Origin: Clostridia bacterium
GTDB lineage: Bacteria; Bacillota; Clostridia; UBA1212; UBA1255
Length of the DNA: 64,000 bases
Direction: 5' to 3'
Assembly: GCA_017560765.1 (NCBI GenBank)
Contig: JAFZEI010000015.1
Location: 397 to 64,396, forward strand
Shown one piece after another: positions 29,843 through 39,200 of this stretch. Each line of letters begins with the position of its first letter. Positions within the stretch are counted from its first letter, which is position 1. The position numbers were made by a program, and so were the translations under genes. The notes beneath the pieces were generated by a model. The model was given only the letters and a program-made list of their open reading frames with translations, had not been told where the DNA came from and searched no databases.

Positions 29843-30613
29843 TTATATAGTTATTCTTTCTCCCACAGTCATAAACATAAAATTATTATTTGGATATTGT
29901 TCTTTCATAATGTGGTAAAATTTCCCGGGATTTCCTCCATGGCACGGAAACATTCCGTAATGACTGGGAATAGTAATTTTGGGCTGTAACGCATTACTTA
30001 AATCTGCACAATCCTGTTCATTTAAATTGCCAAATGCTCCGTTTATCGGTGCAATCAACATATCTATTTCTCCAAAAGCCATATATTCTTCTGCTTTTTC
30101 AAGATGCAAACAAGTATCTCCGGCCATATATATTATTTTACCATCTACGGAAATTACCACTCCAAATGCATCCGGTGCGGCATCAGAATGATCGCAGCTT
30201 ACAAAATGCAAATCAAAACCATCCAAAGAGACGCTTTGTCCTGCTTTTACATAATGCACATTGCTTTCCTTCATTTGCAAACGTAAAACTTCTTCTCTGC
30301 ATCGTGTAGATGCAAAAAGCTTAGTATTGGGATTCGACATAAGCAGCGGTATAGAATCTATATCAAAATGGTCTACATGTGCATGAGTTGTTATCAAATA
30401 ATCAAATTCTATATCAAAAGCACCAAATAATTTAGGGAGCATTCTTTTAAAACCAATATTACCTTCAATTCGCTCTACACATTCCGACAAATACAAATCT
30501 ATGCCTAAAAGCTTCCCGTATTTATTTTTTATTATATACCCCGCCTGTCCCACATAAAAAAGATGTGTTTCTCCAAGCCGTGCAGACATAACATTTGTTA
30601 CGAAATCATTCAT
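29843..30613 (-). CDS. MBL-fold metallo-hydrolase
   Basis: THAHVDHFD (HxHxDH) motif plus downstream His/Asp ligands. Confidence 0.75.
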   Translation of the reverse strand: MNDFVTNVMSARLGETHLFYVGQAGYIIKNKYGKLLGIDLYLSECVERIEGNIGFKRMLPKLFGAFDIEFDYLITTHAHVDHFDIDSIPLLMSNPNTKLFASTRCREEVLRLQMKESNVHYVKAGQSVSLDGFDLHFVSCDHSDAAPDAFGVVISVDGKIIYMAGDTCLHLEKAEEYMAFGEIDMLIAPINGAFGNLNEQDCADLSNALQPKITIPSHYGMFPCHGGNPGKFYHIMKEQYPNNNFMFMTVGERITI

Positions 30614-30629
30614 AAACTATAATACCTAC

Positions 30630-31253
30630 CTATACAGTATTTTGTGACTCTACGTATTCAGCAAAATCCTCCATTGTAACAGAAGTTTCTGAGGATATTC
30701 CTTCCCGCTTAAAAACTGCAGCTACAGTTTTGAAAAGAATTTTTATATCCAATAAAAGGGAAACATTATTCACATAATATAAATCTAATTGAAATCGTTC
30801 CTCCCAAGACAGTAAGTTCCTGCCATTTGCCTGTGCATACCCTGTTAATCCCGGCCTTACATCATGTCTGTGTTTTTGTTCTTCTGAATAGTATGGCAAG
30901 TATTTTACCAATAAAGGCCTGGGGCCGACAATTGACATATCGCCTTTTAATATATTTATTAATTCCGGTAGCTCATCGAGAGAAGATGCTCTCAAAAACT
31001 TTCCATACGGGACCAATCTTTCTTCATCCGGTAAAAGATTATCGTTCGTATCTTTCTCGCAAGTCATTGTCCTGAATTTAATAAGCTTAAAAACCTTCTC
31101 TTTTTTACCCGGTCGTGGTTGTACAAAAAAAGGATTGCCTTTCATAACAATAGCTCCTGCGACAATCATGATTATTATAATCGGCGAAAAAACAATTAAG
31201 GCAGATAAAGAAAAAACAAAATCAAGTATACGTTTAATAAACTTTATGTACAT
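30630..31253 (-). CDS. pglC: Undecaprenyl-phosphate sugar phosphotransferase (small PglC/WbaP C-terminal type initiating enzyme)
   Basis: Single N-terminal TM helix plus the bacterial sugar-transferase motifs KFRTM and DELPQL-like LDELPEL..GDMSIVGPRP. Confidence 0.85.
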   Translation of the reverse strand: MYIKFIKRILDFVFSLSALIVFSPIIIIMIVAGAIVMKGNPFFVQPRPGKKEKVFKLIKFRTMTCEKDTNDNLLPDEERLVPYGKFLRASSLDELPELINILKGDMSIVGPRPLLVKYLPYYSEEQKHRHDVRPGLTGYAQANGRNLLSWEERFQLDLYYVNNVSLLLDIKILFKTVAAVFKREGISSETSVTMEDFAEYVESQNTV

Positions 31254-31254
31254 A

Positions 31255-32442
31255 TTAAAAACAACTCTTTATTATCTCAATTACAACATCTTGCTCTTGC
31301 TCTGTCATTTTTATATCACTGGGCAAGCACAATCCCCTATTAAATATATCTTCACATACACAAAAATTATCAGCTTGTACAACACCACAATTTTTAAATA
31401 CAGGTTGCATATGCATCGGCTTCCATATTGGTCTCGACTCAACATTGTACGAAGCCAATTTTTCGCGAATTTCCTCAGGACAAGACTTTCCTTTTTCGCT
31501 AATATATGTAAATTCCTTTTCTTGGCGAATTTGCTTGCACATTGCTTCTTTATCAATAATTATGCAACTAAGCCAATAATTTGGTTCCATTCTTTTCTCA
31601 TCATAAGGATTCATTTTTAAAGGAAGATTCTTTAAACCTTCTTTGTATCTTTCATATATAGCCTTTTTGGCTTTTACATGCTCATCAAGATGTAATAATT
31701 GTCCTCTGCCTATCCCGGCAAGGACATTGCTTAATCGATAATTGTACCCCACAATCTCATGCTGATACCATGGAGCATCTTCTTTTGCTTGTGTAGACAT
31801 CTTTCTTGCCAAGTCTATGGCGTTTTTATCATTGCTTAATAACATTCCGCCGCTACTGCAAGTAATAATTTTGTTTCCGTTAAAGCTTATTACACCATAA
31901 TCTCCATAGTTGCCCGTTTGTACTCCTTCAAAAGTTGCACCTAAAGACTCCGCCGCATCTTCAATCAAAACAGCATTGTGTCTTTTGCAGATAGCTTTTA
32001 TTTCGTCTAATTTTGCAGGCACGCCATAAAGGTTCGTCACAATAACAGCCTTTGCATCACCGTAAATCTCAAAAGCTCTTTCAAGTGCTTTCGGATCCAT
32101 ATTCCATGTTTCTGTTTCGCTATCAATAAAAACAGGCTCTGCTGCTTCATAAACAACGGGATTTACCGTTGCAATAAAAGTCATATCCATACAAAAAACT
32201 TTATCTCCCGGTTTAACACCGGCTAATTTAACTGCTAAATGCAAAGATGTTGTTCCTGAAGACAATGCCAAAGAGTAATGACATCCTACTTTATCACAAA
32301 TTGCTTGCTCTAATTGATTTATATTTTCACCCAATGTGCTGACCCAATTTGTATCAAAAGCTTCATCAACAAAAAGTCGTTCCTCAGAATGCATCGTAGG
32401 TGTTGCTAGCCATATTTTTTTATCAAAGGGTTTAATTACCAT
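31255..32442 (-). CDS. pglE: DegT/DnrJ/EryC1/StrS-family PLP-dependent sugar aminotransferase (PglE/WecE-like)
   Basis: Family pattern (SSGTTSLHLA..., PLP-lysine region). 395 aa. Confidence 0.85.
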   Translation of the reverse strand: MVIKPFDKKIWLATPTMHSEERLFVDEAFDTNWVSTLGENINQLEQAICDKVGCHYSLALSSGTTSLHLAVKLAGVKPGDKVFCMDMTFIATVNPVVYEAAEPVFIDSETETWNMDPKALERAFEIYGDAKAVIVTNLYGVPAKLDEIKAICKRHNAVLIEDAAESLGATFEGVQTGNYGDYGVISFNGNKIITCSSGGMLLSNDKNAIDLARKMSTQAKEDAPWYQHEIVGYNYRLSNVLAGIGRGQLLHLDEHVKAKKAIYERYKEGLKNLPLKMNPYDEKRMEPNYWLSCIIIDKEAMCKQIRQEKEFTYISEKGKSCPEEIREKLASYNVESRPIWKPMHMQPVFKNCGVVQADNFCVCEDIFNRGLCLPSDIKMTEQEQDVVIEIIKSCF

Positions 32443-32446
32443 TTTT

Positions 32447-34480
32447 TCACCTTACTATCTTAGTTTGCTCCTGACAAATCGAATCATTCTCAATAAAATT
32501 CGAGTTACCCGCAGGCTTATACGTAGTTACAATTTTCATAACCATTTCTCTTACATCATCATCTCTGTTTTCAAAGCACGCCTTCATTAAAAACTGTAGC
32601 TGATGCAAAAACTTATCCGTATCAAAATTTATAGGCTTTCCTATATGTATAAGTTTATTGGGAGTACTTGTTATACCCTCTTCAGCCATAAGCTTCTCCT
32701 CAAAAAGCTTCTCTCCCGGCCTTAAACCAATATATTCAATTTTAATATTAACATCAGGAATATAACCTGACAATTTAATTAAATTTCTCGCTAATGTATC
32801 AATTTTCATCGGAGAACCCATATCCAAAACAAAGATTTCTCCGCCCTTCGCATACGTTTCTGCCTGCAGAACGAGAGAGACAGCCTCCGGAATAGTCATA
32901 AAATAACGTATTATATCAGGATGTGTAACTTTTACAGGTCCACCGTTTGCAATTTGTTTTTTAAACAAAGGAATTACAGACCCGTTGCTGCCCAAAACAT
33001 TACCGAAGCGCACAGCAACAAATTCCGTATGAATCTCTCCGGGATGTTTACACGGCATTTTAAATTCCCCATCCTCATCCTCAACATGAGCCTGTATAAC
33101 AGGAAGCTCGTCCGCTCTGCCTTCCTTAATAAGCTTATCAAAAGACTGAATTATCATCTCGCACAAACGCTTGCTGGCGCCCATAATATTTGTTGGGTTA
33201 ACCGCCTTATCTGTCGAAATCAAAACAAAGCGTTTGCAACCATTCATAATAGCAGCATATGCTGTCTTGTATGTTCCGATGGCATTATTTTTTATAGCTT
33301 CGCAAGGGCTACTCTCCATAAGAGGAACATGCTTGTGTGCCGCAGCATGGAAGACAATTTCAGGCTTGTACTTATTAAAAACCTGGTTTAACTTACGGCT
33401 GTCTCTGACTGAGCCTATAAGCACCACAAGATTTAATCCGTAACACGTTTCCTTAAGCTCTTGCTCTATATCATAAGCATTGTTCTCATAAACATCAAAA
33501 ATTATCAACTGCTTAGGTGCATGTTTTGCAATCTGTCTGCACAACTCACTGCCAATTGAACCGCCGCCGCCTGTAACAAGAATTACCTTTCCGCTCAACT
33601 GACGGAAAATGTCACTCATTTCTACCTTTATCGGTTCTCTTCCCAAAAGATCTTCCACCGCAATATCCTTCATGGCAGCAACAGAAACATCACCGTTAAC
33701 AAGCTGGTATAAGCCGGGCAGATTTTTTACTTCGCATTTTGTGTTTTGGCAAATATTAAGTATTTCACTTTTGACTTCGGCAGAACAACTGGGAATAGCA
33801 AAATATATCTTCTCTATATTGTACTTTTCTACATTTACTAAAATATCGTCACGTCCGCCTACTATCGGTACGCCATCAAGATATCTTCCCCATTTACTGC
33901 TATCGTCATCAATTATACAGCAAACAACATCCTTGATTGTTGTTGCTCTTTTAACATCCTGTAAAATCATTTGTCCTGCAGAACCGGCACCAATCAGCAT
34001 AACTTTTGAAAAACCTGCCCCTGAGGTATTTTTTATTGCACTGTTTCTTTGTAACAGAATAAAACGATATCCAAAACGCACTGTAATCAAGAAAACAAAC
34101 TGTATTATTGAGCCAAATAAATGATATGAAAAAATCATTTGTTTAAAAATAACTGTAATTCCTATCCAGTGAGCAACAGAAGTAATAATTGATGCCAATA
34201 AAATTCTGGAAAACTCATTAAAACTTGCATATCTCCACAAGCTGCGATAAAGTCTGAGCAAAAAGAAAATAACAATGCAAAAGACAGAATATATCGGTGC
34301 AAATTTTGCAAACGGTTCTAAATATCCACTGCTTTCTACCAAAGAAAACTTACAGTCAAATCTAAACCACAATCCTAAAAAATATGATAAATTAACAGCA
34401 ATCACATCATAAAAAACAAGTAATATCGCTGCATAATTAATAGATTTTTTTTGTTCAATCGATTTGTTGTTATTCATCTT
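32447..34480 (-). CDS. pglF: Membrane-anchored UDP-GlcNAc 4,6-dehydratase (PglF/CapD/WbpM family)
   Basis: Four N-terminal TM helices and two Rossmann domains (GAGSAG...; VTGGGGSIGSEL). The start is set at the internal ATG at 34480, which follows GGAGG. The longer ORF-track start at 34648 looks like a spurious extension. Confidence 0.85.
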   Translation of the reverse strand, partial: KMNNNKSIEQKKSINYAAILLVFYDVIAVNLSYFLGLWFRFDCKFSLVESSGYLEPFAKFAPIYSVFCIVIFFLLRLYRSLWRYASFNEFSRILLASIITSVAHWIGITVIFKQMIFSYHLFGSIIQFVFLITVRFGYRFILLQRNSAIKNTSGAGFSKVMLIGAGSAGQMILQDVKRATTIKDVVCCIIDDDSSKWGRYLDGVPIVGGRDDILVNVEKYNIEKIYFAIPSCSAEVKSEILNICQNTKCEVKNLPGLYQLVNGDVSVAAMKDIAVEDLLGREPIKVEMSDIFRQLSGKVILVTGGGGSIGSELCRQIAKHAPKQLIIFDVYENNAYDIEQELKETCYGLNLVVLIGSVRDSRKLNQVFNKYKPEIVFHAAAHKHVPLMESSPCEAIKNNAIGTYKTAYAAIMNGCKRFVLISTDKAVNPTNIMGASKRLCEMIIQSFDKLIKEGRADELPVIQAHVEDEDGEFKMPCKHPGEIHTEFVAVRFGNVLGSNGSVIPLFKKQIANGGPVKVTHPDIIRYFMTIPEAVSLVLQAETYAKGGEIFVLDMGSPMKIDTLARNLIKLSGYIPDVNIKIEYIGLRPGEKLFEEKLMAEEGITSTPNKLIHIGKPINFDTDKFLHQLQFLMKACFENRDDDVREMVMKIVTTYKPAGNSNFIENDSICQEQTKIVR

Positions 34481-34674
34481 TTGCCTCCTTTTCTTTAATA
34501 CTTTTTTATTTCTTTTTTGTATGCTTCGCCAACCTAAACATATATTAATTTTGTTTAGATGCTTTTGTAAAAAATATATCTTTTTGTTGTCTGAAACGAG
34601 CGTAAAGCTACGATTTAAGACAAAACAAAAGTCATACAAAAAAAGCACAAACAGAACAAACCATTCGCTGTTTA

Positions 34675-34703
34675 ATTTTATTTCTTAAACACCTTTTTGT
34701 CAA
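34675..34703 (-). promoter_or_regulatory. Candidate sigma-A promoter for the glycan locus (TTGACA-17-TAAAAT on the minus strand)
   Basis: Read directly: revcomp gives TTGACA at 34703..34698 and TAAAAT at 34680..34675 with a 17-nt spacer. A leader of about 200 nt runs to the pglF start. Confidence 0.35.
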
Positions 34704-34848
34704 GTAAAACATAGCTATACAAAAGGGGCTTTTCTTTGAGTTTGTGTATATTTTTGTCAAAAATTTACACTGTTTTTTTAAATTTGTTTTTCATTGAAAA
34801 TCATGTTATACTATTTAAAATTATCACTCAAATAGCGGGAGGAAAATA

Positions 34849-35220
34849 ATGAGAATACACGAATCGGGAGAAAACTATTTAGAAGCTATTTTCAATATCC
34901 GAAAACGTACAGGAGCATGCCGTTCAGTAGATGTTGCAAGAGAACTTGGATTCTCAAAACCTTCTGTAAGCATAATGATGCGAGAATTACGTGAAAACGG
35001 TTTTATAGAAATAGATGATTCAAATGATATTTCTCTGACCGAATCCGGTATGAATATCGCTCTTTCAATTTCAGAACGCCACGAAATAATAGCCAGAACT
35101 CTTATTATGTTGGGCGTTCCGGAGGATATTGCTTTAATTGATGCCTGCAAAATAGAACATGATTTAAGTACGGTTTCTTTTGAAAAAATAAAGGAATATT
35201 ACATCAAGAACAAAAAATAA
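34849..35220 (+). CDS. mntR: DtxR/MntR-family metal-dependent transcriptional repressor (no SH3 domain)
   Basis: N-terminal wHTH (ENYLEAIF...VDVARELGFSKPSVSIMMRELRENGFIE) plus a dimerisation/metal-binding domain. 123 aa. Confidence 0.75.
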   Translation: MRIHESGENYLEAIFNIRKRTGACRSVDVARELGFSKPSVSIMMRELRENGFIEIDDSNDISLTESGMNIALSISERHEIIARTLIMLGVPEDIALIDACKIEHDLSTVSFEKIKEYYIKNKK

Positions 35221-35309
35221 GCATATCAAAACCATGGATTTATTTTACTCTTCTCTTTTTATATTTTTACGAGTATAATATGTAAAGTCTCAGAAAGGGG
35301 GCTGATATC

Positions 35310-36221
35310 ATGAGAATAGAAAAAATTTCTAAAAACACTGTTAATGTATACATTTCCCATAACGACCTTGCCGCAAGACATCTTTCTTTTGCTTCCTTAA
35401 AAGAGGATTCTGCAGATTATACAAAGCTTGTATGGGATGCAATAGATCATGCAAACATAGAATTTGGCCGTGAAATCGACGATCGTCAGCTTCGCGTTGT
35501 TAACAGATTTGACAACGATGGTTGTCTCGTTCTTACTATTTCACATAGTATCGATGAAGACTCCCACGAAGGAGCACTTTATGACGAAGAAAATCCTCTT
35601 TTAGAGCATTTTGATAAAATATTAAATGCCGCTGCAGATTCTATGCGTAAAGAGTTAGGTTTAAATTCAAATAACAAAACAAGAAAGACTTCACAAGATA
35701 CTAACGCGGAGCAAAATCCCAACGGCACGGCTTTTCGCAATATTTTTCAGAAAATAAATGCCGAAACAGATGCGCGCAAGAATTTCCGTTATAACACAGG
35801 GAAGAAAAGTGAGCCGGCTCAAGAAGAAAATTACGACGATATAGCTGAAAATAAAGCAGCAGAAGGAATTCCGGAGTCAAACGACAATCGTGAACATGCA
35901 GAAGAGCGCAAAAACCATCTTCTCCCGGATTGGGATATTATTGTGTTCCCGGTTTTTACAGATATGGTAGAATTTTTCTCAAAAAACCAAAACTTTAAAA
36001 GAATAGCTTCTTCTTTATACGGATATCGCGGAGCATATTATTTGCTCCTCAAACCAAACAGCAAAAACCAACACACCGTAGAACGGTTAGAAGCTCTTGT
36101 TGTCGATTATAATGCCACCTATTTGCCTGCAGAATCTTTTCTTCCATTATTGTTAGAGAGAGGAAAAGTCATCATGGAATCAGGTGCAATCTCAAAGATT
36201 ATTAAACACTTTACTTTATAA
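35310..36221 (+). CDS. mecA: Adaptor protein MecA (ClpC adaptor)
   Basis: N-terminus MRIEKISKNTVNVYIS resembles B. subtilis MEIERINEHTVKFYMS. The C-terminal domain (YGYRGAYYLLLKP...ERGKVIMESGAISKIIKHF) also matches MecA. Confidence 0.75.
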   Translation: MRIEKISKNTVNVYISHNDLAARHLSFASLKEDSADYTKLVWDAIDHANIEFGREIDDRQLRVVNRFDNDGCLVLTISHSIDEDSHEGALYDEENPLLEHFDKILNAAADSMRKELGLNSNNKTRKTSQDTNAEQNPNGTAFRNIFQKINAETDARKNFRYNTGKKSEPAQEENYDDIAENKAAEGIPESNDNREHAEERKNHLLPDWDIIVFPVFTDMVEFFSKNQNFKRIASSLYGYRGAYYLLLKPNSKNQHTVERLEALVVDYNATYLPAESFLPLLLERGKVIMESGAISKIIKHFTL

Positions 36222-36240
36222 AAATTTTTATTTTCTCTAT

Positions 36241-36276
36241 AAAAAAAGCACTCGAGAAATCCCGAGTGCTTTAAAT
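36241..36276. terminator. Bidirectional rho-independent terminator (mecA / PFOR)
   Basis: AAAAAAA-GCACTCG-loop-CGAGTGC-TTTAAATT. Confidence 0.6.
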
Positions 36277-36299
36277 TATGCTTTATTTTACGATAAGGA

Positions 36300-39200
36300 T
36301 TATTCCTGTACCTCGTAAAGATCTTTCATCTTAAGCAAGCGATTGTAACGAGCCTTAGCCTCTTCCTCTGCCTCAGCAAAGAGTTTTTCTGCTCTTTCAG
36401 GGAATTGCTGTTTAAGACGACTGTAACGTGTCTCACTCTCAATAAATGCAATGTAACTCTCAGTAGGAGCTTTGCAATCAATTGTAAGAGGATTCTTGCC
36501 TTCTGCCTTAAGCTCAGGATTGAAACGGAATGTCTGCCAGTAACCTGCAGCAACTGCCTTCTTCATCTCCTCTTGGCAATTTGACATACCGCCTTTAACA
36601 CCATGCATCTCACAAGGAGCATATCCGATGATGATTGAAGGTCCTTTGTATGCTTCCGCCTCTTTCAATGCTTTAATAGTCTGATTCATATCAGCACCCA
36701 TAGCAATTTGAGCCACGTAAACATATCCGTATGACATAGCAATTTCAGCGAGATTCTTCTTGCCTATTGCCTTACCTGCTGCAGCAAACTGAGCAACCTG
36801 ACCAAGACGGCTTGCCTTAGAAGCCTGACCACCTGTATTAGAGTAAACCTCTGTATCGAATACCATGATATTTACGTCCTCACCGGAAGCAATAACATGG
36901 TCAAGACCGCCAAATCCAATATCATAAGCCCAACCGTCTCCGCCGAAAATCCAAACTGACTTCTTAGCGAGGAATTCTTTGCTTGAAAGGATTTCTTTAC
37001 GCTCACAGCAATCACAATCAATACTTTCAAGTTTTGCAATAAGTTTCTCAGAAGCAACTGCATTTGCTGCTCCGTCATCTACAGTATCAAGATATGCTGT
37101 GCAAAGTTCTTTAAGCTCAGCACATTCTGTTCTGCCGGCAATTCTCTCAACGCAAGCAATAAGTCTGTCTCTTACAGCTTTTTGTCCCAAGAACATACCA
37201 AGACCATGCTCAGCATTATCCTCAAACAAGCTGTTACCCCATGCAGGACCGCGACCTGAATCACGGTTAACTGTATAAGGAGTTGCAGGAGCACTACCAC
37301 CCCAAATAGAAGAACATCCTGTTGCGTTTGAAATATACATACGTTCACCAAAGAGCTGTGTAATAAGTCTTGCGTATGATGTCTCTGCACAACCTGCACA
37401 TGAGCCTGAGAATTCAAGCAAGGGCTGGTTGAACTGGCTTCCCTTAACAGTGAAGTCGCTGAAAGATGTAGGTTTCTTTGTAACAGTTGCAACTGTATAA
37501 TCGAATGCATCTTGTTGAGCTGCCTGAGACTCTTGAGAAACCATCTTAAGAGCTTTTTCTTTAGCAGGACAAACTTTAACACAAAGTCCGCATCCCATAC
37601 AATCAAGAGGACTGATTGACATTGTGAATGTGTATTCCTCACAGCCTTTACCCTTCATTTGAACTTTCTTTGTTGACTCAGGAGCTGCGTCTGCCTCTTC
37701 TTTGCTCATCGCAAAAGGACGAATTGTAGCATGAGGACAAACATAAGCACACTGGTTACATTGAATACAGTTCTCCGGAATCCACTCGGGCACATCTACT
37801 GCAACACCGCGTTTTTCGAAAGCAGAAGAACCTTGCGGGAAAGTACCGTCTGCCATATCAGCAAATACTGAAACAGGCAATGAGTCTCCCTGCATCATAC
37901 CAACAGGCTTCAATATCTCGTTAACAAATTTAACCATTTCAGGACGATTGCTCTTAACGTCAGAAGCTACAGCATCAGACTTTGCATCTTTCCATGAAGT
38001 AGGAACATCAATTTTAACGATAGCATCTACACCTGCATCGATTGCTTTGTAGTTCATTTCAACTACTGCCTCACCTTTTTTAAGGTAAGACTTCTTAGCA
38101 GCAGCCTTCATGTAATCTACAGCTTCTTCGATAGGCATAATGTTCGCAAGAGCAAAGAATGCAGATTGGAGAATTGTATTTGTTCTCTTACCCATACCGA
38201 TTTCTCTTGCTTTATCAATAGCATTTACTATATAGAACTTAACGTCATTTTCTGCAATATACTTCTTTGCCTCTGCAGGAAGGTGCTTTTCAACCTCCTC
38301 AGGTGTCCATTGACAGTTAAGAAGGAAAATTCCGCCGGGTTTAACGTCATTTACAATCTTATATCCCTTAACTATATATGAAGGATTGTGGCAAGCTACA
38401 AAGTCAGCTTTTGTTACATAATATGAAGACTTAATAGCCTTATCACCAAAACGCAAGTGCGAAATTGTTACGCCGCCTGTTTTCTTAGAGTCATACTGGA
38501 AGTATGCCTGAATAAACTTGTCTGTATGGTCACCGATAATTTTGATTGAGTTCTTGTTTGCACCAACAGTTCCGTCACCGCCGAGACCCCAGAACTTACA
38601 GCTGATTGTGCCTGCAGGAGCTGTATCCGGAGCAACTTTCTCTTCTAATGAACGATTTGTAACGTCATCAACAATACCGATAGAGAAGTTAGCCTTAGGC
38701 TCGTCTGCTTTGAGGTTCTCATATACTGCAAATATGCTTTGCGGAGGAGTATCTTTTGAACCGAGACCGTAACGGCCACCTACAACTTTAGCGTTTATAC
38801 CTTTTGTTGCAAGAGCAGTAACAACATCCAAGTAAAGAGGCTCACCCAAAGATCCGGGCTCTTTTGTTCTGTCAAGAACTGCGATTTTCTTTGCTGTAGC
38901 AGGAATTGCTTCAACAAGTTTTTCTGCGCTGAAAGGTCTGTAAAGACGAACTTTAACGAGACCTACTTTCTCGCCTTGTGCGAGCATATAATCGATAACT
39001 TCTTCAGCTACATCACAGATTGAACCCATTGCTACGATAACTCTGTCTGCATCGGGTGCACCATAGTAGTTAAAGAGTTTGTAATTTGTACCGATTTCAG
39101 CATTAACCTTATCCATATATTCTTCAACAATTGCAGGAAGAGCATCGTAATATTTATTACATGCTTCTCTGTGCTGGAAGAAAATGTCTCCGTTTTCTGC

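Noticed and set aside
31135-31620. 161-aa plus-strand ORF and 81-aa minus ORF overlapping pglC/pglE
   Set aside because: They are antisense to or nested in well-supported sugar-transferase and aminotransferase genes, and are low-complexity.
32447-34648. Long N-terminal extension of the PglF-like ORF (start at 34648)
   Set aside because: The first 56 codons are AT-rich low-complexity with no RBS. A GGAGG-spaced ATG at 34480 gives a canonical TM-anchored dehydratase N-terminus.
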